64,000 bases of DNA from Octopus sinensis (GCF_006345805.1 NC_043012.1:26722001-26786000), one strand, 5' to 3'; shown: positions 1 through 11,543, counted from the stretch's first letter. Notes: generated from the letters alone by a model not told the origin. Numbers and translations are program-made.

Positions 1-56
1 CATGTTATAAGAGTTCTTAGAAAGTGACATAGACTTCTGAACATCCTATATGTATC

Positions 57-164
<108 letters not shown>

Positions 165-593
165 CACTATCGTATTCGGTTTTTCAAGATTCATAATGTT
201 ATCGTGCATAAAGAGATATAATATTTGAAACGGTCATTGGGCCAATATGACCACACGCATTGATTCAATTAGCTTCCACTGTAGAGGAAATGTACACACA
301 CAACACACACATACATACACACACAATACACACGCTCACACCTATACTCACATATATGTATGCTTGTATGCATGCGTTTATGTCTGTATATATTCGTGAA
401 TGTGTGTATATGTGTATGTTTGCATGTAAGTGTATCTATCTGTATATATATATACATATATATATATATAATATATATATATATTATATATATATTATAA
501 TATATTATACATATATATATATATATAATATACATCTATCTATTCTATTTATCTATCTATCTATCCATTTTTCTATCCATCTCTGTCTCTCTG

Positions 594-641
<48 letters not shown>

Positions 642-696
642 ATATATATATGTATATGTATATACATACACACATACACACACCACACACACACAC

Positions 697-744
<48 letters not shown>

Positions 745-1203
745 ATATATATTATATATATGTATACACGCATGTATGTATGTGTGTTTCCCCGTGGAAA
801 ATACAGAGAGATAAGCAGTGCTCAGTCATCCAGTGTCCAGTTTCCTTCGGTCGGTCGACCATACTTGCCAGCTGAATTGAAAGAAATGCGACATCTGATT
901 CCCTTGTTGCTCAAATTTAAAAAAAAAGAAGAAAAACGTATAGAACGTTCTACAAACCGCCACTATTTAGTTACATAGAGCTGTGTAAAGTTTTTCAATC
1001 ACAACACGAACACAAACGTTACACGCACGCGCGTGCGTACTCACACATACACATACAATGAGAACGAGGCAGAGAGAGCAACCATAAGATTTCCCCACAA
1101 ATTTAAAGAGGGCATTTGTTAACGCAAGGTTTTAGCAGAGTCTTCTTTACCAAAATATAAAATAGGCAACGATTTCAACGTATGGATTTCCAGCATAATA
1201 TAC

Positions 1204-1274
<71 letters not shown>

Positions 1275-1499
1275 CATACATACATACATACATACATACA
1301 TACATACATACATACATACATACATACATACATACATACATACATGTGTGTGTAAATATGTGTTTGTACACAAACAGTTATGCGCAATATAAGACCATAA
1401 AAGGAAAATTTAATATTCAATAATTTTGACTTAAGATGCTGAATAACACCTATATTGCCAGAAATAAGAGTTAAAACCCATAATGCTGTACGAAGCGCA

Positions 1500-1553
<54 letters not shown>

Positions 1554-1569
1554 TAATATATATATATAT

Positions 1570-1781
1570 AATCAAAATAAGCAACAAGGATATGCAGAGC
1601 AATCCTCAGACCAACATTAATGTATCTATCTGTTTTAATTTAATTAAATTCTATGTCTTTGCGTAGCTGAGGATTGCCCTGCATTCAAATTGATGTAATG
1701 GTTGCATTGTTCAATTAAATGGAGTTGCGTGAAACGATCGTACTGCATTACCTCTGGATATCCTTGTTGCTTATTTTGATT
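1570..1781. repeat. Perfect 24-bp inverted repeat enclosing a hammerhead; left arm is an internally deleted inverted copy of the ribozyme strand
   Basis: AATCAAAATAAGCAACAAGGATAT (1570-1593) is the reverse complement of 1758-1781. GCAGAGCAATCCTCAG (1594-1609) mirrors CTGAGGATTGCCCTGC (1667-1682) with one mismatch. Abuts (TA)n at 1502-1570. Confidence 0.9.
1663..1746 (+). ncRNA. Type I hammerhead ribozyme with long helix II
   Basis: Helix I GUAG/CUGC (one G-U pair); core CUGAGGA 1667-1673; ~57-nt imperfect hairpin as helix II with U.U at 10.1/11.1; GAAA 1731-1734; palindromic helix III ACGAUCGU; GUA cleavage triplet (after 1742). Confidence 0.7.
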
Positions 1782-1880
1782 CTAATTACCTTACTTTGAA
1801 ATTGTATGGTACTAAATTCTGGTGCCTCAACTTAAGTATCATATTCATCTGAATCTAAATTTTTGCTGAGCTCATTTATA

Positions 1881-1924
<44 letters not shown>

Positions 1925-1938
1925 TATATATAATATAT

Positions 1939-1981
<43 letters not shown>

Positions 1982-2069
1982 CATCGCTCGGACTTTTTTA
2001 AAAATTAATCTAACTGGTGTAGAATAATATTACAGAAAAGAGGCCAAGCCCTGTGAGATAGCTATTCAA

Positions 2070-2875
2070 TCTGGATATGGCTGTGTTCTCCAGTTCGACA
2101 CGAGAAACTTGTACCTGTAGTGGCATTTGATAAAGATTTCGGATCAGGAATTAAAGTGTGGTGAAATTCTTGTATCTAAAATGAATGTCTGATCTTTCAG
2201 CTACGTATAACTTGCATATGTTTCATTCATTTATTTATAGCATAGATTTCTTTACGATTCTTCATTTGATTGCGTGTGGCTTGCACTAGGTTCTCAGATC
2301 CCATTCATATCTAACCAATTTAGTGCCTTATTTTTTATTAATGTGTCGGAAAGAAGACCGGTGGTTTGCATAACAGCTTTTAAAATTGCCTTCGCATAAA
2401 GTTTTTCTTCTCAATTACGTCGTCTTGGAGAACTGCCGTAAACTCGATTTTGTAAACAAGTACATTTATCAAATACGACTGATCAAGTGGGCAAGCTCCA
2501 AGTTTTCGGCAGTTGCAACTGGGAGTGGATTACTGATGGTATTTTTGAGTGATAATGTCTTTCATATTAGGGCAGCAGATATGTAGTATTTTTTACTGAA
2601 TTTCTTTAAAAAATCTTCTTCTATTTGTCGATTACTGGGAAATGCTTATTTAATGATGACAAGAATTTCTTCACTATGGTAGTTTTAACATTTAAGGAAA
2701 AGCGTATATGTGGACCAATTTTCCCTATGCCTATTTTTAGGTTTCATATTTATAACTGCAAAGTTATCTGCTGTTATAACTTTGAAACCGCAATTACCTT
2801 GGGCTGATTTATCAAATATTTCCTTTGAAGAGGATAAATTAGACATCCTATTACTGATAACTGACTATCAAGTTT
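2070..2875 (-). mobile_element. Decayed Penelope-like element ORF 3' part (RT C-terminus, Cys-rich linker, GIY-YIG endonuclease)
   Basis: Minus-strand translation across stops and frameshifts: RFSLNVKTTIVKKFLSSLNKHFP; SCCPNMKDII; PSCNCRKLGACPLDQ..NVLVYK; LCEGNFKSCYANHRSSFRH..T.L.RY.WDL..PHAIK*RIVKK; LNS*SEIFIKCHYRYKFLVSNW. These match invertebrate PLE ORF C-termini in order and spacing. Confidence 0.85.
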
Positions 2876-2934
2876 CTTAATACTCTATCCACCTTCTTTC
2901 ACTCCATACAATATACGTATGGATATACGTACAC

Positions 2935-2988
<54 letters not shown>

Positions 2989-3108
2989 ATAAAGGGCATT
3001 ATTACACATAAATGCCTCACACTAGGAGGGACAAAGTCATTACTACCAAAAATTATACTATCATACCCAATGCAGTTTTTCAAAGCAAGACATTTAAAAA
3101 TGAATTAT

Positions 3109-3163
3109 GTTCTGTATCACCGTGATTTCACATACACTTGCGTCTAATGATCGTCAGCAGAAC
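3109..3163 (-). ncRNA. Type I hammerhead, array copy L1
   Basis: Core intact; 1-nt deletion in helix II. Confidence 0.75.
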
Positions 3164-3584
3164 TGATTCTGAATACATCATAAATAAACCAACTTATGTA
3201 GCGAAGACGAACAGACACTGTTCACTGTTCCGGCCAAGCACATGGAATGTTTATAAATCATATATCCGGTAAATGGCGGGCTTTTTACGAACTGCATGTC
3301 GGGTAATGAAAAGTATTTCGGAATAAGTTTAACAATTAAGGATAATCTCTTAATAAGGGATCTTAACAAGAAATTATCGGGTAGCTAGCGTGAAAACCTC
3401 ATAAAAGAAAAGAATCCGAAAATAATTTTTTTCTTTTGAACAAATTAATTATATCTATATTGTATAAAGGGCATTATTACACATAAATGCCTCACACTAG
3501 GAGGGACAAAGTCATTACTACCAAAAATTATACTAATCATACCCAAATGCAGTTTTTCAAGCAAGACATTTAAAAATGAATTAT

Positions 3585-3640
3585 GTTCTGTATCACCGTG
3601 ATTTCACATACAACTTGCGTCTAATGATCGTCAGCAGAAC
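3585..3640 (-). ncRNA. Type I hammerhead, array copy L2
   Basis: GUUCUG-CUGACGA-UCAUUAGACGCAAGUUGUAUGU-GAAA-UCACGGUGA-UA-CAGAAC on the minus strand. Confidence 0.8.
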
Positions 3641-4057
3641 TGATTCTGAATACATCATAAATAAACCAACCTTATGTAGCGAAGACGAACAGACAACTGT
3701 TCACTCCGGCCAAGCACATGGAATGTTTATAAATCATATCCGGTAAATGGCGGCTTTTTTTACGAACTGCATGTCGGGTAATGAAAAGTATTTCGGAATA
3801 AGTTTAACAATTAAGGATAATCTCTTAATAAGGGATCTTAACAAGAAATTATCGGGTAGCTAGCGTGAAAACCTCATAAAAGAAAAGAATCCGAAAATAA
3901 TTTTTTTCTTTTGAACAAATTAATTATATCTATATTGTATAAAGGCATTATTACACATAAATGCCTCACACTAGGAGGGACAAAGTCATTACTACCAAAA
4001 ATTATACTAATCATACCCAATGCAGTTTTTCAAGCAAGACATTTAAAAATGAATTAT

Positions 4058-4113
4058 GTTCTGTATCACCGTGATTTCACATACAACTTGCGTCTAATGA
4101 TCGTCAGCAGAAC
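4058..4113 (-). ncRNA. Type I hammerhead, array copy L3
   Basis: Consensus 56-nt motif intact. Confidence 0.8.
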
Positions 4114-4530
4114 TGATTCTGAATACATCATAAATAAACCAACCTTATGTAGCGAAGACGAACAGACAACTGTTCACTCCGGCCAAGCACATGGAATGTT
4201 TAAAATCATATATCCGGTAAATGGCGGGCTTTTTACGAACTGCATGTCGGGTAATGAAAAGTATTTCGGAATAAGTTTAACAATTAAGGATAATCTCTTA
4301 ATAAGGGATCTTAACAAGAAATTATCGGGTAGCTAGCGTGAAAACCTCATAAAAGAAAAGAATCCGAAAATAATTTTTTTCTTTTGAACAAATTAATTAT
4401 CTATATGTATAAAGGGCATTATTACACATAAATGCCTCACACTAGGAGGGACAAAGTCATTACTACCAAAAATTATACTAATCATACCCAAATGCAGTTT
4501 TTCAAAGCAAGACATTTAAAAATGAATTAT

Positions 4531-4586
4531 GTTCTGTATCACCGTGATTTCACATACAACTTGCGTCTAATGATCGTCAGCAGAAC
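4531..4586 (-). ncRNA. Type I hammerhead, array copy L4
   Basis: Consensus 56-nt motif intact. Confidence 0.8.
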
Positions 4587-5001
4587 TGATTCTGAATACA
4601 TCATAAATAAACCAACCTTATGTAGCGAAGACGAACAGACAACTGTTCACTCCGGCCAAGCACATGGAATGTTTATAAATCATATATCCGGTAAATGGCG
4701 GGCTTTTTACGAACTGCATGTCGGGTAATGAAAAGTATTTCGGAATAAGTTTAACAATTAAGGATAATCTCTTATAAGGGATCTTAACAAGAAATTATCG
4801 GGTAGCTAGCGTGAAAACCTCATAAAAGAAAAAATCCGAAAATATTTTTTTCTTTTGAACAAATTAATTTATCTATATTGTAAAGGGCATTATTACACAT
4901 AAATGCCTCACACTAGGAGGGACAAAGTCATTACTACCAAAAATTATACTAATCATACCCAAATGCAGTTTTTCAAAGCAAGACATTTAAAAATGAATTA
5001 T

Positions 5002-5057
5002 GTTCTGTATCACCGTGATTTCACATACAACTTGCGTCTAATGATCGTCAGCAGAAC
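5002..5057 (-). ncRNA. Type I hammerhead, array copy L5
   Basis: Consensus 56-nt motif intact. Confidence 0.8.
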
Positions 5058-5735
5058 TGATTCTGAATACATCATAAAAAACCAACCTTATGTAGCGAAG
5101 ACGAACAGACAACTGTTCACTCCGGCCAAGCACATGGAATGTTTATAAATCATATATCCGGTAAATGGCGGGCTTTTTACGAACTGCATGTCGGGTAATG
5201 AAAAGTATTTCGGAATAAGTTTAACAATTAAGGATAATCTCTTAATAAGGGATCTTAACAGAAATTATCGGGTAGCTAGCGTGAAAACCTCATAAAAGAA
5301 AAGAATCCGAAAATAATTTTTTTCTTTTGAACAAATTATTATATCTATATTGTATAAAGGGCATTATTACACATAAATGCCTCACACTAGGAGGGACAAG
5401 TCCTAGTGTGAGGCATTTATGTGTAATAATGCCCTTTATACAATATAGTATAATTAATTTGTTCAAAAGAAAAAAATTATTTTCGGATTCTTTTCTTTTA
5501 TGAGGTTTTCACGCTAGCTACCCGATAATTTCTTGTTAAGATCCCTTATTAAGAGATTATCCTTAATTGTTAAACTTATTCCGAAATACTTTTCATTACC
5601 CGACATGCAGTTCGTAAAAAGCCCGCCATTTACCGGATATATGATTTATAAACATTCCATGTGCTTGGCGGAGTGAACAGTTGTCTGTTCGTCTTCGCTA
5701 CATAAGGTTGGTTATTTATGATGTATTCAGAATCA

Positions 5736-5790
5736 GTTCTGCTGACGATCATAGACGCAAGTTGTATGTGAAATCACGGTGATACAGAAC
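5736..5790 (+). ncRNA. Type I hammerhead, array copy R1
   Basis: Core intact; 1-nt deletion in helix II. Confidence 0.75.
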
Positions 5791-6203
5791 ATAATTATTT
5801 TTAAATGTCTTGCTTTGAAAAATGCATTTGGTATGATTAGTAATATTTTTTGGTAGTAATGACTTTGTCCCTCCTAGTGTGAGGCATTTATGGTAATAAT
5901 GCCTTTATACAATATAGATATAATTAATTTGTTCAAAAGAAAAAAATTATTTTCGGATTCTTTTCTTTTATGAGGTTTTCACGCTAGCTACCCGATAATT
6001 TCTTGTTAAGATCCCTTATTAAGAGATTATCCTTAATTGTTAAATTATTCCGAAATACTTTTCATTACCCGACATGCAGTTCGAAAAAGCCCGCCATTTA
6101 CCGGATATATGATTTATAAACATTCCATGTGCTTGGCAGGAGTGAACAGTTGTCTGTTCGTTCGCTACATAAGGTTGGTTTATTTATGATGTATTCAGAA
6201 TCA

Positions 6204-6258
6204 GTTTGCTGACGATCATTAGACGCAAGTTGTATGTGAAATCACGGTGATACAGAAC
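6204..6258 (+). ncRNA. Type I hammerhead, array copy R2
   Basis: Core intact; 1-nt deletion in helix I (GUUUG). Confidence 0.65.
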
Positions 6259-6676
6259 ATAATTCATTTTTAAATGTCTTGCTTTGAAAAACTGCATTTG
6301 GGTATGATTAGTATAATTTTTGGTAGTAATGACTTGTCCCTCCTAGTGTGAGGCATTTATGTGTAATAATGCCCTTTATACAATATAGATATAATTAATT
6401 TGTTCAAAAGAAAAAAATTATTTTCGGATTCTTTTCTTTTATGAGGTTTTCACGCTAGCTACCCGATAATTTCTTGTTAAGATCCCTTATTAAGAGATTA
6501 TCCTTAATTGTTAACACTTATTCCGAAATACTTTTCATTACCCGACATGCAGTTCGTAAAAAGCCCGCCATTTACCGGATATATGATTTTAAACATTCCA
6601 TGTGCTTGGCCGGAGTGAACAGTTGTCTGTTCGTCTTCGCTACATAAGGTTGGTTTTTATGATGTATTCAGAATCA

Positions 6677-6732
6677 GTTCTGCTGACGATCATTAGACGC
6701 AAGTTGTATGTGAAATCACGGTGATACAGAAC
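6677..6732 (+). ncRNA. Type I hammerhead, array copy R3
   Basis: Consensus motif intact; predicted cleavage after A6726 (AUA triplet). Confidence 0.8.
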
Positions 6733-7147
6733 ATAATTCATTTTTAAATGTCTTGCTTTGAAAAACTGCATTTGGTTATGATTAGTATAATTTTTGGTAG
6801 TAATGACTTTGTCCCTCCTTAGTGTGAGGCATTTATGTGTAATAATGCCTTTATACAATATAGATATAATTAATTTGTTCAAAAGAAAAAAATTATTTTC
6901 GGATTCTTTTCTTTTATGAGGTTTTCACGCTAGCTACCCGATAATTTCTTGTTAAGATCCCTTATAAGAGATTATCCTTAATTGTTAAACTTTTCCGAAA
7001 TACTTTTCATTACCCGACATGCAGTTCGTAAAAAGCCCGCCATTTACCGGATATATGATTTATAAAATTCCATGTGCTTGGCCGGAGTGAACAGTTGTCT
7101 GTTCGTTCGCTACATAAGGTTGGTTTATTATGATGTATTCAGAATCA

Positions 7148-7203
7148 GTTCTGCTGACGATCATTAGACGCAAGTTGTATGTGAAATCACGGTGATACAG
7201 AAC
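7148..7203 (+). ncRNA. Type I hammerhead, array copy R4
   Basis: Consensus 56-nt motif intact. Confidence 0.8.
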
Positions 7204-7619
7204 ATAATTCATTTTTAAATGTCTTGCTTTGAAAAACTGCATTTGGGTATGATTAGTATAATTTTTGGTAGTAATGACTTTGTCCCTCCTAGTGTGAGCA
7301 TTTATGTGTAATAATGCCCTTTATACAATATAGATATAATTAATTTGTTCAAAAGAAAAAAATTATTTTCGGATTCTTTTCTTTTATGAGGTTTTCACGC
7401 TAGCTACCCGATAATTTCTTGTTAAGATCCCTTATTAAGAGATTATCCTTATTGTTAAACTTATTCCGAAATACTTTTCATTCCGACATGCAGTTCGTAA
7501 AAAGCCCGCCATTTACCGGATATTGATTTATAAACATTCCATGTGCTTGGCCGGAGTGAACAGTTGTCTGTTCGTCTTCGCTACATAAGGTTGGTTTATT
7601 TATGATGTATTCAGAATCA

Positions 7620-7677
7620 GTTCTGCTGACGATCATTAGACGCAAGTTGTATGTGAAATCACGGTGTGATACAGAAC
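7620..7677 (+). ncRNA. Type I hammerhead, array copy R5
   Basis: Core intact; 2-nt insertion in the helix III loop. Confidence 0.75.
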
Positions 7678-8094
7678 ATAATTCATTTTTAAATGTCTTG
7701 CTTTGAAAAACTGCATTTGGGTATGATTAGTATAATTTTTGGTAGTAATGACTTGTCCCTCCTAGTGTGAGGCATTTATGTGTAATAATGCCTTTATACA
7801 ATATAGATATAATTAATTTGTTCAAAAGAAAAAAATTATTTTCGGATTCTTTTCTTTTATGAGTTTTCACGCTAGCTACCCGATAATTTCTTGTTAAGAT
7901 CCCTTATTAAGAGATTATCCTTAATTGTTAAACTTATTCCGAAATACTTTTCATTACCCGACATGCAGTTCGTAAAAAGCCCGCCATTTACCGGATAATG
8001 ATTTATAAACATTCCATGTGCTTGGCCGGAGTGAACAGTTGTCTGTTCGTCTTCGCTACATAAGGTTGGTTTATTTATGATGTATTCAGAATCA

Positions 8095-8150
8095 GTTCTG
8101 CTGACGATCATTAGACGCAAGTTGTATGTGAAATCACGGTGATACAGAAC
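8095..8150 (+). ncRNA. Type I hammerhead, array copy R6
   Basis: Consensus motif intact; predicted cleavage after A8144. Confidence 0.8.
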
Positions 8151-8424
8151 ATAATTCATTTTTAAATGTCTTGCTTTGAAAAACTGCATTTGGGTATGAT
8201 TAGTATAATTTTTGGTAGTAATGACTTTGTCCCTCCTAGTGTGAGGCATTTATGTGTAATAATGCCCTTTTATACAAATAGATATATTAATTTGATTCAA
8301 AGAAAAAAATTATTTTCGGATTCTTTTCTTTTATGAGGTTTTCACGCTAGCTACCCGATAATTTCTTGTTAAGATCCCTTATTAAGAGATTATCCTTAAT
8401 TGTTAAACTTATATATATAATATA

Positions 8425-8469
<45 letters not shown>

Positions 8470-8734
8470 ATATATATGTATATTTATATATATACGTACA
8501 CCACAATCGTACAAATAAATTGCACGTCAGAAGGCAATATATGCATATTAAAATAACAACATAATCTCTTATCTTTCCTGGGCAGGAATCATGTTTCTAA
8601 TTGCTGTTTTTATTTTTCGTGAACTCTTGTTCTCAAATCCGGTTAGCCGGCTTCCATGTCATATAAGCCACCAAAACTTTTGCATTCCTTTGAACGGTCC
8701 GCCGGTCCGCGGCAAAGTTCAAGGTCAGCATTTG

Positions 8735-8920
8735 AGGAGGAGTGTACAAGTCAGTCACACCAACATTAGTACTTATCTTGTACCGTATATCCTCGACCCC
8801 ACGAAGGGATGAACGGCAACATTGACATCAGTGGGATTTGCACTCAGAATTTACAGGGTCAGAAGAAATGCCGCTAAGCCTTTTATTCGCCCTGCAAACG
8901 CTTGTGCCATCTTGCTGTCT
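8735..8920 (-). mobile_element. Diverged tRNA-derived SINE (family C)
   Basis: Reverse complement resembles GCCTTTCATCCTTTCGGGGTCGATAAA..AAGTAC core and A/B-box head of the other copies. Confidence 0.6.
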
Positions 8921-9079
8921 TCCTAGTGGCAATTATTATATTATACGCACACATACCCTGCCGAGGTCTACTTTGCTTTTCATCCTTTTGGGGTCATGTA
9001 GAAAAAGTATTGGTGGGGCATTGAAATCGATGTAATTGACTAAAGTTTCAAGCCCTGGGCTAATAATAGAAATAATTTG

Positions 9080-9287
9080 AGGCGGCGAGCTGGCAGAATC
9101 GTTAGTACGCCAGATAAAATGCTTAGTGATCCGTTTTTACGTTATGGATGCAAATTCTGTCGAGGTCGACTCTGTCTTTCATCTTCTCGGAGTCTATAAA
9201 ATAAAAATATCAGGTGAACATTTGGATTGATGTAACAGACTAAATTCGCTCTTAAAATTACAGGCTTCGTGCTTAGAGTAGAAAGGA
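9080..9287 (+). mobile_element. tRNA-derived SINE (family C; core resembles the Meta/MESC domain)
   Basis: GGCGGCGAGCTGGCAGAATCGTTAG head, GAGGTCGAC..TTTCATC core, CTTAGAGTAGAAAG tail. Domain name recalled from memory, not verified. Confidence 0.7.
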
Positions 9288-9717
9288 GAAAAAAAAAAGA
9301 GACAAATCATTCACACGTACATCACGCTCTTCATAACTTCCACTAAAGTAACCGATTTGAAACGTGTTACTACGTCAAAGATGAATTAGTGTCTGTTTAC
9401 CAGCTGAGATGTTGCTAATTTTGAAAGCAGCATTTCTGTCTAAAACAATGCAGTAAAATAGATCATCTTTCGGAAATTTCACAATATAATCGAAAAGAAG
9501 CTATTTATAAGAATAAAGATAAATACTTGACAGATTTAACGAGAATAACTCTTTGTATTGGATTTTAGCAGCTTTCTCATAAAAAAATTAATATATTTAA
9601 TGTTCAATGTCATAATAATATACACGTACAGCTTTCACGAAATGACAAGACTTTTCTTTTGTTCGCTGAAGACGGTGACGCACGTACTTAGAAATACGGT
9701 TCTACATCTTGGGAATG

Positions 9718-9783
9718 ATATATATGTATATATATATATATATTCTATATATATATATATATATATTATAATATATTTATTAT

Positions 9784-9817
<34 letters not shown>

Positions 9818-9899
9818 TGTATATATATATATATTATATATATAATATATATATATATTATATATATATATATATTATGTTATTGTATATATATAGTTG

Positions 9900-9932
<33 letters not shown>

Positions 9933-9993
9933 ATATATATATATATTTGTATGTGTATATATATATATATATCTATATATATGTATATATATT

Positions 9994-10038
<45 letters not shown>

Positions 10039-10282
10039 ATGTATATATATCTATATATATCTATATATATCTATATATATTTGTATATATATATATATAT
10101 ATATTATATATATGTATATATATATTTGTATATATATAGATAGATATATATATATATGTGTGTGAGTATATGCATATATATATATGTATATATATATATA
10201 CAAATATATATACATATATATATATCTATGTATATCTATATATAATATATTATATATATATAACTATATATACATATACATA

Positions 10283-10322
<40 letters not shown>

Positions 10323-10329
10323 TACATAC

Positions 10330-10400
<71 letters not shown>

Positions 10401-10420
10401 AATATATATATATATATATA
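9718..10420. repeat. ~700-bp (TA)n-rich microsatellite
   Basis: Direct inspection; source of the YIYI ORFs. Confidence 0.97.
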
Positions 10421-10627
10421 AATGAACGTATATCATACCCCATCATTTAGGAAGAACAATGTTTGATGTTCATTTAATATAACATCTATAATTTTTGTTC
10501 TCACACGATATTCAAGATCTAAGTCTAAGTATTAAGCTCAGGTTCTTTCATACATATTATTCACCCCTCCCTCAAAATTGCTGGCCTAGCGCCATAATTT
10601 GAAAGCAATATTGTTCGAACTAAGTAT

Positions 10628-11435
10628 TGCGGCGAACTGGTGGAATTGTTAGCATACAGGACAAAATGCCGCTAAGCATTTCGTCCGAATTTATGGTCTG
10701 AGCTCAAATTGCCTTTTCATCATTTCGGGTCGATAAAATAAGTACCAGTTAAACACTAGGACTGATATAATCAACGTTACTCCCCACCCTTGAAATTGCC
10801 GGCCTTGTGCCAAAATCTGAAACCAGTAGTATTTGAATTAAATATGGCGACGAGCTAGCAGAATCGTTAGCACGCCGAAGAAAATGCTTAGCAACACTTC
10901 GTCCATGTTTCATTCTAAGTTCAAACTTCAGCAAGATCGACTTTGCCTTTCGTCCTTTCAGAGTCGATAAAACAACTACCAGTTGAATTCTGGGATCAAT
11001 GTAATCGACTTACGCCCTTCCCCGGAATCACTGGCCTGGTAACCAAAATTCGAAACCATTGTTACACTTCTGCCTTTACGTTCTGAGTTCAGATTCCGCC
11101 GAGATCGCTTTAGCCTTTCATCCTTTCAGGGCCTATAAATTAAGTACCAGTTGAGAACTGGGGTCGATTTAATAGACTATCCCCCTTTCTATTATAGGCC
11201 TTCTGTCTATAATAGAAAAAGATTATTTAAGGCGGTGAGCTGACAGAATCGTTAGCATGCGAGGGAAAATGCTAAGCGGCATTACATCCGTCTTTCGGTT
11301 CTGAGTTCAAATTGCGACGAGGTCTCCTTAGCCTTTTATCCTTTCAGGGTCTATAAATTAAGTACCAGTGAAACACTGAGGTCGAGATAATCGACTATCC
11401 CCTTTCTCCAAATTTCAGGCCTTGCCACTTTGGTT
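10628..11435 (+). mobile_element. Head-to-tail cluster of four to five family C SINE copies or fragments
   Basis: Heads at ~10628, ~10846, ~11230 and a truncated unit at ~11066, each with GTTCAAA/TCAGATT B-box-like motif, CCTTTCATC.TTTC.GG.TC.ATAAA core and AAGTACCAG. Confidence 0.8.
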
Positions 11436-11439
11436 AAAA

Positions 11440-11543
11440 GCCAATTATTGTTGTTACTGTTACTGATGCCGCTGTTAAGGTTGCTATTGTTTTTGCTGTT
11501 GACGTTATTACTGCTGTTGTTGTTGCTGCTGCTGCTGCTACTA

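Larger units (their letters stand above)
2981..5400 (-). repeat. Left arm of ~473-bp tandem array (~5.1 units; ribozyme strand is minus)
   Basis: Equivalent positions recur at 3109, 3585, 4058, 4531, 5002 (spacing 471-476). Copies differ mainly by 1-nt indels. Starts inside (TA)n 2939-2984. Confidence 0.98.
5401..8411 (+). repeat. Right, inverted arm of the ~473-bp tandem array (~6.3 units; ribozyme strand is plus)
   Basis: Reverse complement of the left-arm unit. Equivalent positions at 5736, 6204, 6677, 7148, 7620, 8095. Ends at ...TGTTAAACTTA running into (TA)n. Confidence 0.98.

Noticed and set aside
5560-5625. SEILFITRH in the repeat unit resembling the PLE C-terminal SEIxxxxRH
   Set aside because: Too short and flanked by stops to show that the unit derives from a PLE ORF.
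2981-8411. Array as CRISPR, rDNA/5S, or a pure read-foldback artefact
   Set aside because: No spacers or rRNA/tRNA similarity; arms are unequal with different flanks, although an assembly error still needs to be excluded with reads.
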